NCBI GenBank assembly: GCA_038496445.1
Contig: JALMLS010000441.1
Coordinates: 1,248 to 65,247 of the forward strand
Origin: Trichosphaerium sp. ATCC 40318
Taxonomy: Eukaryota; Protista; Tubulinea
Length of the DNA: 64,000 nucleotides
Direction: 5' to 3'
In this document: positions 49,695-62,617 of the stretch, in pieces
Position numbering within the stretch: position 1 is the first letter of the stretch
How the letters are laid out: each line of letters starts with the position of its first letter
Notes under the pieces: generated by a model
What the model was told of the DNA's origin: nothing
The model's input: only the letters and a program-made list of their open reading frames with translations
Database searches by the model: none
Made by a program: the position numbers and the translations under genes

Positions 49695-50500
49695 TGCTAT
49701 AGCAGTCAAGAAAAAGAAGTTGCAATTACTTGTTTTGACGAGTAGACACTAAAACGGGAAGTGGTTTCTTCTTTTGAGTCCAACTAATTGATTGAGCTAC
49801 TAAACCGTGTAAAGTACTGAGGAGGTTCTAAGTTTTTGACGTATTTACAACGTTTTGCAATGGCAACCATCCAGATAAACGCTTCTGTCCCTATACAGAC
49901 TTTCCTTGCGTAGGATAGCCTATTAAAACTATTTGCACGCGTTTTAAGGCCCTTGTGAGCGAGAGGTAAAAAGTCGAAGTTACTGCGCGTTTGCTTGCGT
50001 ACAGGCGCCAAAAGAATGACACTAAACAACGTATGTATTACTCACGTAAACTCGTCTTACCTTTTAAACTTATGTAGCATGAAACTCTCGCTGTACTAGC
50101 TGAGTTTGTTTTAGAGAATTTTTCGCTAAGCAGTTGAATGTGCTATGGTGTAAGCACTATATGCTTTGAATCTACACAGAAAGTATGAGAGCGTAATATA
50201 AACCTGTAGCCGTGTAAAAAAATAAATACGTTTTACTGTTTTTATGGTATGACGTTATTGTAAGATGTGAAAATCTTCTCGCTAGGTCTTTATTGTTCAT
50301 CATTTATACCTTGAAAGTGTATAAAGAGTACTATTGCATTGAACCTGAGTGTGCACACTAAAATGATAGTTGTGGCTCCGCTAAAAACGTCAAGTTCCGC
50401 TTATTGATCTTGATTAGGGATATAAAACCGAGTTAAACGCTTTTCATTTGTTGTAGGGCACTTTTTCTAAAAATGTTTACAGTGTTTTTCCTCTTTCTAA

Positions 50501-50599
50501 CTTATGCAACATCCCAAACAGCCAAAAATGACACATACATACTACACGCGCATGTTGAATACAATACATCATTTTTGGCTGTTTGGGATGTTGCATAAG
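50501..50599. repeat. Perfect 31-bp inverted repeat with 37-nt loop
   Basis: cttatgcaacatcccaaacagccaaaaatga (50501-50531) / tcatttttggctgtttgggatgttgcataag (50569-50599). Confidence 0.9.
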
Positions 50600-51600
50600 A
50601 TAGTGAACAAAATTGTTTTATAAACAGCGTTGTTTGACCTAACCTCAGGGATAAGTAGTACATCACTGTTTAAGCGGATTTGGCCTATTCATTCGACGGA
50701 AAAAGGTGTTGATGCTCTTAAATAAGGAATTACAAGTTCCTTTTTTGCTGAAAAGATCACGGCACATATTTTCTATGATAATTGTGTATAATGTACTTAT
50801 TGTGCATATCAGTTTCGATCTTCCTGTTGAAATACAAACCTTAAACTATCATATACGGCAGTTTCAGGCGAGTAGCTGACTGCTGTGTTACTGACACATT
50901 TTTTACTTTTTCATCAACTGCTTAGAGAAAAATTCTCTATTTCTTCAATAACACGTGGAAAACTTTTTTGGCTTTGCTACAGTTTCTCACCGCCATGTTT
51001 TTCTGTCTATTTTACTGAACTCGTGCTTTGTAGTCATCACAATACATTTAGTAGCTCTGCTTTTATCTATGACAACCCACCCATATTTTGGGCGTGAAGT
51101 AATAGCTACTCAAAAAAGAATGTCGTGATATATTGTCACGTGCACAAAAGGAACCGGTTCGTAACGTACGCTTACGTTAACGCAGGTATCGCGAGACACT
51201 TTACGTGAATATTTTTGTGTTTCTACATTCTACCTTCTTTATTGCGACTGCGCGTCCTTTTAATAATACAGGAGGAATGGAATGGGTAAATCTGCGAAGA
51301 GTGATTGCGCTACAACTGCGCGTAACTGTGAAAATACTACAAACCAGGATTAATATCTTGTAGGACATACGAATATCCGTTAATTAGTTGGTTAAAGCTA
51401 CAACGGGAGGAAAATAATCGTGTTGCTGTAACAAATCAGTAAAATAGACCGTGATACTACCTTTGGACTCTCATTCTTTTTAATCAGAAGCACAAAACCA
51501 GAACCGTAACGCGAGCACAATAACAGTTCAACGAAAAACCGGAGGTCAAGTCACGCCGCTTAATATTGTTTTACGATAACTTCAAGAGTGACAACACGTC

Positions 51601-54600
51601 ATGGCAGAACCACAGCGTGAAGAAACTCAAGATCCAAATGGTTGAAAATAACGCTTTTTTTATAATGTTGGTAACAATAACATTTATTCATAGTTGAGTG
51701 GAATATGTGGCATCCAATTATCTGCGAAAATGAACTGACCGCAATTGAACTTGTGTGGTTTTTTGCAGGTATGCAATATGTGGTAAGCATAGTTAACCAG
51801 TTGTAGTAAGAAATGGCTATGGAGAAATTGTTTCATCGCTTATTAAAGTGAACATAAATGTTGATGTTGTAAATTCTAGCAGAAAGACAGCTTTAATTTA
51901 TGCTGGTAATGTCACATATGGAATACAGCGTGGGTTTACTAACATTACTATGTAGCCTGTAAAAAAGATTATAAAATTGTATCAATGCTAATCAAGGCCG
52001 GAGCAAATATTGAGGCTGTTGATGAATATGGAAACACAGCTTTGATTAGGGCGGGTAATACCATTGAGATACAAAATACAACTTGATACCACTCACACTA
52101 TTAGTAAACAATGGAGATAATAAAACTGTATCAGTGTTAATCAAGGCTGGAGCAAATATTGAGGCTGTTGATGAATATGGATACACAGCTTTAATTTATG
52201 CAGGTAATACATATTGAATACAAACATGTTCGCTTACATCACTATTTAGCCAGTAAGGGACATTATGAAACTGTATCAGTATTAATCAATGCTGAAGCAA
52301 ATATTGAGGCTGTTGAAATAGATGGAAACACAGGTTTGATGAGGGCAGGTAATAGCATTGAGATACAAACATGTTTGCTCACATTACTATTTAGCCGAAT
52401 TGAACCAATATGAAACTGTATCACTATTAATTAATACTGGAGCAAATATTGATGCTGTTGATAAATATGGAAACACAGGTTTGATTCATGCGGGTAATAG
52501 CATTGAGATACAAACATGTTCGCTTACATTACTATTTAGCCAAAATGGGACATTATAGAATTGTATCACTATTAATTAATGCTGGAGCAAATATTGACAC
52601 TGTTGATGAAGATGGAAACACAGCTTTGATGAGTGCAGGTAATGCCACATATGGAATACAGCATGGGTTTACTAGCATTACTATGTAGTTTGGGAAAATC
52701 ATGATAAAATTGTATCAATGCTAATTAAGGCTGGAGCAAATATTGAGGCTGTTGATGAATATGGAAACACAGCTTTGATTAGGGCGGGTAATACCATTGA
52801 GATACAAAATACAACTTGATACCACTCACACTATTAGTAAACAATGGAGATAATAAAACTGTATCAGTGTTAATCAAGGCTGGAGCAAATATTGAGGCTG
52901 TTGATGAAAATGGATACACAGCTTTGATTCAAGCAGGTAATAGCATTGAGATACAAACATGTTTGCTCACATTACTATTTAGCCAGTAAGGGACGTTATG
53001 AAACTGTATCAGTATTAATTAATGCTGGGGCAAATATTGAGGCTGTTGATAAAAATGGATACACAGGTTTGATGAGGGCAGGTAATAGCATTGAGATACA
53101 AACATGTTTGCTCACATTACTATTTAGCCAAAATGGGATGTTATGAAACTGTATCAGTATTAATTAATGCTGGAGCAAATATTGACACTGTTGATAAAGA
53201 TGGAAACACAGTTTTGATGAGTGCAGGTAATGCCACATATGGAATACAGCATGGGTTTACTAGCATTACTATGTAGTTTGGAGAAACCATGATAAAATTG
53301 TATCAATGCTAATCAAGGCTGGAGCAAATATTGAGGCTGTTGATAAATATGAATTCACAGCTTTGATTAGGGCAGGTAATAGTATTGAGATACAAACATG
53401 TTCGCTTACATCACTATTTAGCCAATAAGGGACATTATGAAATTGTATCAGTATTAATTAATGCTGGAGCAAATGTTGACGCTGTTGAAATAGATGGAAA
53501 CACAGCTTTGATGAGGGGAGGTAATAGTATTGAGATACAAACATGTTTGCTTACATTACTATTTAGCAAAAATGGGACATTATGGAATTGTATCACTATT
53601 AATTAATGCTGGAGCAAATATTGACGCTGTTGATAAAGATGAAAACACAACTTTGATTTGGGGAGGTAATAGCATTGAGATACAAACATGTTCGCTTACA
53701 TTACTATTTAGCCAATATGGGACATTATAAAACTGTATCACTATTAATTAATACTGGAGCAAATATTGACGCTGTTGATATTAATGGAAACACAGCTTTT
53801 ATGTGTGCAGGTAATGTCATTATATAAGATACAACATGTTTGCTCAAGAGAGGATTAGCACACAAAGGAGACAAAAAAATCATGTCAATGTTAATCTATG
53901 CTTATGCAAAAATTTACACAGTTGGTGAAGATAGAAACAATGCTAATTCGGGTACTGTACTCAATCAAAAAGTAAACCATCATTATTTGCCTTAACTGTT
54001 TTTTGGTAGTTATATCACCAGACAACACAATGTGGCAAGACTTACTTTTTTTGTTATTTAAGCAACTAATTTCAAATGCTCTTGGATCTGTTGTAGCATT
54101 TGTAACTTTTTTACAATACTGTCCAAGTGGTAAAGAATGCAAAGTAATGTGGAAATCTTGTTTGTCAAACGTATACTTGGCTTCTGATAAACAAACGCTT
54201 TTTGAACATATTAAGCAATGGCTTCCATACTTGGTATGCCACTATGGAACAATATGTTAGTTCTTACTAATCATACAACATTTAGCCAACACGGTCTTAT
54301 TTTAAACTGGCAATGGAAAAAGGCATTTGTTATTTAATTGGTTATATTTATATAGCCAGATACAGCTATGATAATGTACCTTTACCACAAATCATTAAGC
54401 TAACTGGTTTATCAGGGATTATTTTGGAAACAAGATGGCCTATTAATGCATGGTATCTTTAGAGATATGCCTGATGACACATGGGACAAAAACCTGGATG
54501 GGCAGTTTTTTACATATCGCAATCATCTATCATTTATCACAGGTACAACAAGTTACTGTCTTACAAATACTAAAAAATATAAGAATTAAAACATGAAAAC

Positions 54601-56329
54601 GGATGGGATCTTAATCCACAATTGTATTTTGCACATTCTTGGGACAGATCTAAAAGCATGTACGTCTGTTCAATGTGCCATTGTGGGTATCTTTATTTAT
54701 TTGAAAAGAGGAATTATTACAAAAGCGACTCACTATAGAACATTAAATCTTCTTGATGAAAATGACAAAGTTGCTGTCAGAGAATTGAAAATCCTACAGC
54801 AAGATATGTCAAAAATGCATGGTTATGACAAATACAATATTGTTGAAGCGACTCTTGTTTACAATGAAATCTTGACAGAAAACTTTGGTCGATCCAACAA
54901 AATACTAAAGCATAGGCATCAGTACGTTTTTTTGTAGTTTATTTAGTCCTTACATATTTTAGAGAACTGCCTGCATTTTTTAAAAAGCAAGATTGGAAAA
55001 AAGATGGCAACAAAAAGTACAAAGAGAGCGTTTTCATTAAATACAATGCCATACCCACTCAGGAATATGAAAGTACATACAATACAGACTATTTAAAAGA
55101 AGACAATACAGAAGGACAGGTGGTGTTCATCAACGATATCTTACTCTCACACCTGTTTAGTTACCAGTGATATTGATGGTTCACGGAACAAGTGAAAAAG
55201 CAGCTTACAGTATTGTAAAGGCTGGTTTTGGAACTGTGAGTGCTTTGGATTCTGGATACTATGGTCAAGGCATCTATTTTACAGTATGCAAAAAACAGTC
55301 ACATTCCATTGCTGATTCCACTATAGCGGAGTATAAAATATGCGTGTTCATATGACACTGGAGGAACCAAAGAAAAAACAGTTATTTTGAGTCTTGTCAC
55401 TCCTGGCAACGTATACCCTGTACATTAACAAAAGTTTATCATGTTCTTTATTAATTGATGACTATAAAAAAGGTAAAACCAACCGACAAGTTAAGAGGAC
55501 AACCGATAAAACCAGGCTACCAAAGTCATTACACATTGGTTGATCACAAAGGTAGACCTGTCACAGAAGATAAAGTTACTAGTGCAGTGTATGATGAACT
55601 TGTTGTCGGACAAGGTACACCCAAAGAAGAATGTAACGATCATAAACTAACGCTATGCAATCAGATACTCAAGCTGTTGCTCGCTATGTTCTCAAACTAC
55701 TACCAAAAGAGCAGAGTAAGAAAAGAATCAAAACAAAAAAAACCAAGAAAGGAGATAAAAAACCAAAGAAAGGGGATAAAGTTTCAGAGCTAGTTGGTGG
55801 TTCCGATGATCTTTCAGATGATGAAGAAAATTTTCACAATAGTAGCAGGTAATCTATTTCTTTTCTTGTTCTTACTTATTGACTTACCAGGAAATTGTGG
55901 GCTGCCCGCGATTTGGACACAACTGATGACCAACAATCAAGTACCAATAATGTAAATCTCGAACTAGAGTCTTCACAAAAAACACAATGTGAAATCGAGA
56001 AACTAAAGAAAATCAACGTAAATATGAAGGAACTTCATGAGAATATACATGCAAGGCAACAACAAGATATAGCCAGCTTAGACCAAGACAATATCATCTT
56101 ACAAAGAAACGTCAATCACCATCAAAAAGAAAATGCCAACTTATCTCAAATTATCAACACCCTAAAGCAAGATAATTCGAGCCAGCAACAAGAAATTACC
56201 AACTTATCACAAATTATCAACACCCTAAAGCAAGATAATTCAACTCAGCAACAAGAAATTATCAACTTATCACAAACCGTCACTACCCTACTTGCCAAAA
56301 TAGCCCACCTTGAAGGTAGCAAGAAGTAG
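51601..56329 (+). CDS. Ankyrin-repeat + PARP-like ADP-ribosyltransferase protein with C-terminal coiled coil (ANK-ART paralog 2)
   Basis: About 14 ankyrin exons (GHYETVSVLINAGANIEAVD..GNTALI.A). ART core LMVHGT...GFGTVSALDSGYYGQGIYFT..IKYA.SY...VTPGNVYP...GQPIKPGYQSHY...YDELVV...QAVARY. Lys-rich/acidic linker and coiled coil with 21-aa repeats. Central exons (54.3-54.7 kb) not fully resolved. Confidence 0.82.
51806..53810 (+). repeat. Exon-intron tandem array (99-nt ankyrin exon + ~46-50-nt intron) with three intron classes
   Basis: Near-identical introns: A gtaatg(t/c)cacatatggaatacagc..., B gtaataccattgagatacaaaatacaac..., C gtaatagcattgagatacaaacatgtt...; order A B C C C A B C C A C C C. 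Confidence 0.92.
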
Positions 56330-56824
56330 CTCCAATGTACAAGCATCCCGTAGCACAAATAAACATTTCCTTTACTTATTGTACTCTTTATTTGCACATG
56401 TTAAAAAGATGATGTAAATGTTGCTGTGTGCATCAATTTCAATGTGCCTCTGTTATGACCCAACAATTATTAGAGGTTATATCATTGTCCAGATGAACTT
56501 TGTAATAGTAAGTTCTGCTTTAACTGGCGCTTCTGTGCTTTATGTGTCTAACGGTGGTTGCTGCACTACTAGATCAATTATCAATCCCTTATCATTTTAT
56601 CTTGTGTTGTAGGATCACGTGGGAATGAATAAAACAGATCACAAACTGGAGTTAACAGTAGCAACAGCACTTATTAAGAGCGCCTAACACAGTGCTGTAC
56701 TAATACATGAGCTAGCTGGTAAACATTGCTCACAAAGTCAAATCAATATCCGCGATGTGAATTCAGCTAATATGACTTTTGCTTGAACAATAAGAGTCCA
56801 AGTCACAACAAAACCAACCCTGAG

Positions 56825-57678
56825 ATGGCCGCTAATGGAAACGATTCTAGCCTTATTGATATCATGCCTCTAGAGCTGCTATGCGCTATTTTTACTCAAA
56901 TGGCATCAAATAAGACTCGCTGTACTGCAGGACAATGTTGTAGGCTTTTTTCTACTATAATACACGATTATGTTGGCTATTACGCAGTTAGAGTTACAGA
57001 ACAAAATTGTAGGCAAATTATACCTTGTAAGGCTATCATACGTCATTCTATGATAAGATTTTACGATTTGGCTCCTATATTTCTATTCACTGGTTTAAAA
57101 AAAGTGCGTTTTTCTTATGGTAGTGGATCACGTGTCACGGACGAGATTGTTCGATGCTTAACAGGGGTTCACACTATTAATATAACATCTTGTCGGTTGA
57201 TAAGTGGCAAAAGTCTGAAGGCATTCCGTGGCGCACATACTGTTATTCTTCAAGGATCATGTGATTTCAATGGCAAAGGAAAAACTACTTCAAAGGTGTT
57301 CACACCCTTAGATTAGGTTTTTATCCAAGGCCTACCTACTCTGGTCGTTGGATAGCTTCACTAGCAGGTATACATACATTGGACATTGGCCTATCAGTGA
57401 GTAGTATTGGTATTAAAAACGAACATATAGCAGCACTTGCTGGTATCTCGGAACTGGTTTTGTCAGGTGCTTCATTCTTGACTGATGAGGGTATAATACC
57501 TTTGAAAGGTATTAAGATATTACGTATTAGTAACTGTAGTGTTACTGCAAAAGGTATTCATTGGTTACTACCTGAGCTTAAGGTTTTTGACATCTATGAG
57601 TGTGATACTATTTCTAAAGAAGAATTTAAAGATATCTTAACTAAAATGTTAACCTACAAAGAACAACGTACGGACTGA
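56825..57678 (+). pseudogene. Intronless F-box/LRR gene with one frameshift (~57280)
   Basis: IDIMPLELLCAIF F-box; LRRs (LTGVHTINITSC). After GKG the LRR consensus continues in the -1 frame (YFKGVHTLRLG...LAGIHTLDIG) with no intron signals. Confidence 0.7.
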
Positions 57679-58149
57679 CTCTTGACAAGCTTTGTGATAT
57701 CACAATCAAACATAGGAATTAGTTTGTGTTATTTTTGATGAATATAGTGACTGTAAATAGAGAAAATTAATAAATAAACACTGGGAAGGAACATTTCCGA
57801 AAAGTTATTTTCTTACTTATGCTATCGATTTCCCCTTTCAATTACCTGAGAAAGAACTGTGATTCATGTAAATTAATAGCCACTGTAGCGTCCTACTAAT
57901 TAAGAACAGCGAAGTATGCGTACATGGGCATTGTAAAAAGTAATTGAAAAAAAAAAGCATTCAAAATCTCGAAATGTTGTTCTAGCCTAAGAAACTTTGT
58001 CGTGTTTTTAAACGACTAAGCTACATGCATTAGCAAACGCGGTACCTGAGTGATGTAAAACCTGTCACAACAGGTTTTCGATTCACAACAGATAAGCTAG
58101 CTTTCACATGTATTTCTTTGTTCACGGTTAGTTAATAATCGCACGTAGA

Positions 58150-60045
58150 ATGTTGTACACGGCCATAATTTTCTCTGTATGCGCTATTGTATTCATGTAT
58201 TGGCTGTTTCAACGTAAAACAGATATTCCAGGACCAAAAGGATATCCTCTTATTGGTAGCTTATTAGATGTAATAAAATCACCTGAAAACCGACTTGATT
58301 TATTCGAAGAGGCACGTTTAAAAAAACAATTTTCAATCAAAACCCACGTGATATTTTTTTTTTGACATTCTATGTTAGTGGCGGCAAAAATATGGAGATG
58401 TTTATCAAGTTAGCGTGTTTGGAAAGAAAATGGTGTTCATTTCTGATTTTGAAGATATGAGGACTGTACTGAAGCATAAAAACATCTTTATATCAGACAT
58501 AGTGTCAAACCCAAGAGCAGTGGAGGTTCGGCTTGAAAGTATCTTTTTTTTTTTTGGTTTTTTGATTTTTACCACGCACGTGCTTTTGATCTGAATCGAT
58601 ACTAGTCACTTAAGCTTGATCTTTCTTTGGGACTTCAAAAGGGTCATAACTGGAAGGTGATGAGAAAGTTGGTAGCCCCTGGTTTTACGAATAAATACTT
58701 GAGATCCAAGTTTGATGGGATTTTGCATGTGCTTGCATCACAGACATATGAACTTGAGAGCTTTGCAAAGAGCGGTGAATGTATAGTTGATCCTTATAAG
58801 TTTACATCAAGAATGACTCTTGGCGTTATATCTCAATTACTTTTTAAGATAGACAAGTTTGAAGGTAAGCTCTTTTCATAGTATTTATTATTTTGAAAAT
58901 CTCAAAAAAAAAGATGAACAGAAAGAGCGTCAGTTGCTTGATGCTTTTGGAGCATTATTGGTTGTTCTTGTAAGAAGAGACTCGTTTGCTTTTGATTATT
59001 GGAAAATACCTTTATTGGTGCCAAAGGTACCAATATTAAACGGCTTTTTGGAACAGTCTCTGACAACTTGAAAACAAGGAGGAAAAAGCCTTTATGCATT
59101 CAATGGACAATGTTGTCATTCCTTTCATTAAGCAAGTCATGGAGAAAGCAGAAAATAACCTAAAGATTCCTGGATACAAACCTCAAAATATAGTAGAGGT
59201 ACTCGAAATACAACACCAGAAGCTAACAAATTAAATTTTTTTAGGAAATGCTTGTTGAAAAAGATGGAGAAATATGGACTTCTGAAAGCATTTTGTCTAA
59301 TATTCTTGGTATCTATCTTGCAGGAGTTGAAACAACTGCTTCTGTGATGGTTTCTGTGATGTATGTTTTGTGCAAATATCCTGAGTTTCAGGACATCATC
59401 TACAACGAGGTTGAACCAATGATGAAGAAAGAAAATCCCGATTTCGCTGATTTTATGAATAACACAAAACTCCTGAACTTTGTGAAAGAAGTACTTCGTC
59501 TATACGGACCTATACTCTTGTTATTCAGAAAACCGATAAAACCATATAAATTACAATCAAAACATGGGAGTACGACTTATAAACTTTCGCCAAAAATTCT
59601 CTTTTTTTTCTTACCTTATATTTTTTAACACGTGGGTTTTTCTGTAGCGTTTGAGATTCCTGCAGGCGCTAATGTAATTCTTAATACTCAATCTGGTTAC
59701 CAAGATGAAACTAACTATGTAGATGCTAAGATTTTCAACCCAGATAGATACAATAGCCCAGGTAAGATAACAACCTCGTTGCATTTCGTTTTTTTCAAAA
59801 AAGACAGAAACAGAAATCTAACCTTGTTAGGAGTCACTCCGTACTTTGGGTTTGGCGGTGTTCCCCGCATTTGTCCAGGCCAGCATTTGGCTATTATAGA
59901 GTTAGCAATACTATCTGCAGTGATGTGTTATCACTTCCGTATATCACCTGCACCTGGATGCATTCTAGAAGACGTAAAGTTTGTTTCAAAGCCTGCAGTA
60001 AGATGCAAAGGTCTTTCAGTGCAACTATCAATGCGTCAAGTATAA
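58150..60045 (+). CDS. Cytochrome P450
   Basis: N-terminal TM helix + PGPKGYPLIG; WKVMR; AGVETT (I helix); EVLR; FNPDRY; FGFGGVPRICPGQHLA. Confidence 0.93.
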
Positions 60046-60533
60046 AAATACATATTTAACAATGTATTAATAAAACATACACAAAGGGGGTACTCCTAAA
60101 TGAAGTTACCGGGCTGGCGATTGATAAAAGCCTGAAAATTGGGTAGAAAACAATTAAAAAAGGTATTCACATTGAGTACCTCTGTTGTGATCGATAGTTA
60201 AAGACTAGGTTTGGTAGAGATATGTGGGATGCAGTCAAAGCAGAGTCTTGAATCTATTTAAAACGCGTTTCAAAGCTGCATAGTGTGCCGCGGCGTAACA
60301 AACTTCAAGGATTTAACATTAACTGACACTGAATAGAATAACGATAGTACGATCCACTCTTGCGGGTGCTACACGCAAAGAAATACATCCTATGTAAGTT
60401 AGAACCCCCGAAATGGTCAGATTTTTAAACAAGATTTACGTAGCATAATATCACGTGATAATCATACAAAACAACTAAACACACGTGAAATACGCGTCGA
60501 CACACATTGAAATTTCGATAAAAATACAAAACA

Positions 60534-61751
60534 ATGCAATCTGTAGACACCCTCATACACCTTCCAATAGAACTATTAGTGCGTATTCTTAGCTACAATC
60601 TAGACGTAGACATGGACTCTATATCATGTGTTTGTCGTTTGTTGTCGATTATCGCCGATCAACACATCCAATACATCTCAACTCGTTACATAAGGTTAAA
60701 AACAAAGACAGACGTTTACAGACTTTTACTGTACCCACGATTACTCACAAAGGCAAGAATAACATGCTACCCGTCCATATCGAACAGAAGACTATTAAAA
60801 CTATCAGGTGTACGTAATATAGCTTTAAGGAGAGCTAGTAGAATCACAGATAAGGGTCTATCTGCGCTCTTGGGAGTACATTGCATAGATTTATCCGGTT
60901 GTCATTCGATCACAGGTGAAGGGTTTAAAGCGTTATCTGGAGTACATACAATAAAACTCAGTGACTGTCGTCGTATCACAGATGAAGGTTTATCCTATCT
61001 GTCTGGAGTTTATTATATTGACTTGTCGGATACCTTTGTTTCTGATAAAGGAATTCAAGCGTTACAAGGTGTTCACACAATAAACTTGTCAATGTGCTCA
61101 AGAATAACCGATAAGGGAATATCTTATCTATCAGGTGTTCACACTATAAGTCTCAAGTATACAAAGGCAGGTGATGTTGGGATCAAATCGCTTTCTGGTG
61201 TACATGCCATTGATTTAGAAGACTGTGAGAATATTACAGATGAAGGTATTAAATCATTGGCTGGTGTTCATACAATTAACTTACAGTACACTCATGCTAC
61301 TGATGATAGTATTAAATGTCTTTCTGGTGTTTATAGTATAAAGTTAAGTGAAACGGAAGTAACAGATGAAGGTTTAAAATCGCTCTCTGGCGTTCACACT
61401 ATTTGGTTGGTAGATTGTAAAAATATCACAAATCTTGGTGTTAGAGCTTTAGCTGGTGCTCATACAATTAATCTTCAGTATTGTCATCAAATAACTGACT
61501 CTGGTATTGTACCTCTTGCGGGTGTACATACTATAGGATTATCGGCAACCAATGTTACAGATAGAGGCGTAAAAGCTCTTGTTGGTGCTCATACTATTTA
61601 TTTAGGTCAAACAAAAGTCACCAATGAAGGTGTTGAAGCACTTGCAAAAGAAGCTGATACAATATCATTACATAATTGTCGTGGAGTAAATGCACTTGGT
61701 GTTAGAGTTATATCTAAGGCTTTTTTACAAAGAAGATTGGTAGGGTTGTAA
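60534..61751 (+). CDS. Intronless F-box + leucine-rich repeat protein
   Basis: 405-aa ORF; LIHLPIELLVRILSY F-box; about 13 22-23-aa repeats (LSGVHTINLS.C..ITDEGIKS). Confidence 0.88.
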   Translation: MQSVDTLIHLPIELLVRILSYNLDVDMDSISCVCRLLSIIADQHIQYISTRYIRLKTKTDVYRLLLYPRLLTKARITCYPSISNRRLLKLSGVRNIALRRASRITDKGLSALLGVHCIDLSGCHSITGEGFKALSGVHTIKLSDCRRITDEGLSYLSGVYYIDLSDTFVSDKGIQALQGVHTINLSMCSRITDKGISYLSGVHTISLKYTKAGDVGIKSLSGVHAIDLEDCENITDEGIKSLAGVHTINLQYTHATDDSIKCLSGVYSIKLSETEVTDEGLKSLSGVHTIWLVDCKNITNLGVRALAGAHTINLQYCHQITDSGIVPLAGVHTIGLSATNVTDRGVKALVGAHTIYLGQTKVTNEGVEALAKEADTISLHNCRGVNALGVRVISKAFLQRRLVGL

Positions 61752-62104
61752 GCGAAAAGACATTTTTCAAACACCTTTGTCAGTGTTCTATTAATAAAAA
61801 TACTTCAATGTTAATCCACCTGTCACTGGCCACTCAAACTTTTTTCCAACCTCACATACAACATTTTTAAGAGCTTAAATTCACCAGGGCAATATGTGTC
61901 CCTCGTATACAGGACTTGAAGTCTCCACTGTTTGTTGATTAGGCACGCTTGTTTTATTTTCTAATGACATTGATTCGATTCATTACAAACACAAAAACGG
62001 TTGACAGCAGCATTGACTTATGCATTCATTCCTTGCTGTTGAGGAACTAGGTGTGGAAATAGTGTAAAAAGCATCGATTTATTTTGACGCCTTATCTTGT
62101 TTTT

Positions 62105-62617
62105 TTAATGCAACCACGTGCGTTTTCTATTCTTATCAATAATGTATGCTTTTTCAATTGTACCATCTTCATTCCAATACTCGGATTTACCTATTTCCTT
62201 ACCCTCTTTGTATGTCTTTTTCATGTACACCTTGCCACTAGCGTACCATTTAGTACAATCCCCTTCTAATACATTATTGTTGTAGGAACAAACTTCATAG
62301 AGTTGCCCGTTTTGATACCATTTCCTTGATACGCCACTTCTTTGTCCGTTTTTAAACCCAAGTTCGCTCTTTTTGGTTCCATTCTTATGCCATTGTGTAC
62401 ATAGACCATCACGTACGCCCATAGTAAAAGATTGTACTTCTACAAGCTGTTGAAAGTCCCACTTTTTAAAAACACCGTTTTTTACCAAATCGTATGAGAA
62501 TCTAGATGTCGTTGCTGTTTGCTTGCATAGTAGTGGCCAAACTACAAAAACAGAGTTATCAATAGATGTAATGATATAGTGAAGTTCAGTGGGTATGCCC
62601 AAAAGCGACGAAGCCAT
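62105..62617 (-). CDS. Intronless F-box-like + MORN-variant repeat protein
   Basis: 170-aa ORF; LLGIPTELHYII then G...W..NG repeats (GLCTQWHKNG, GVSRKWYQNG, GDCTKWYASG, GKSEYWNEDG). Confidence 0.8.
   Translation of the reverse strand: MASSLLGIPTELHYIITSIDNSVFVVWPLLCKQTATTSRFSYDLVKNGVFKKWDFQQLVEVQSFTMGVRDGLCTQWHKNGTKKSELGFKNGQRSGVSRKWYQNGQLYEVCSYNNNVLEGDCTKWYASGKVYMKKTYKEGKEIGKSEYWNEDGTIEKAYIIDKNRKRTWLH

Noticed and set aside
57270-57300. Programmed -1 frameshift in the F-box/LRR gene
   Set aside because: No in-frame X XXY YYZ heptamer or clear downstream structure; a simple indel or sequencing error is more likely.
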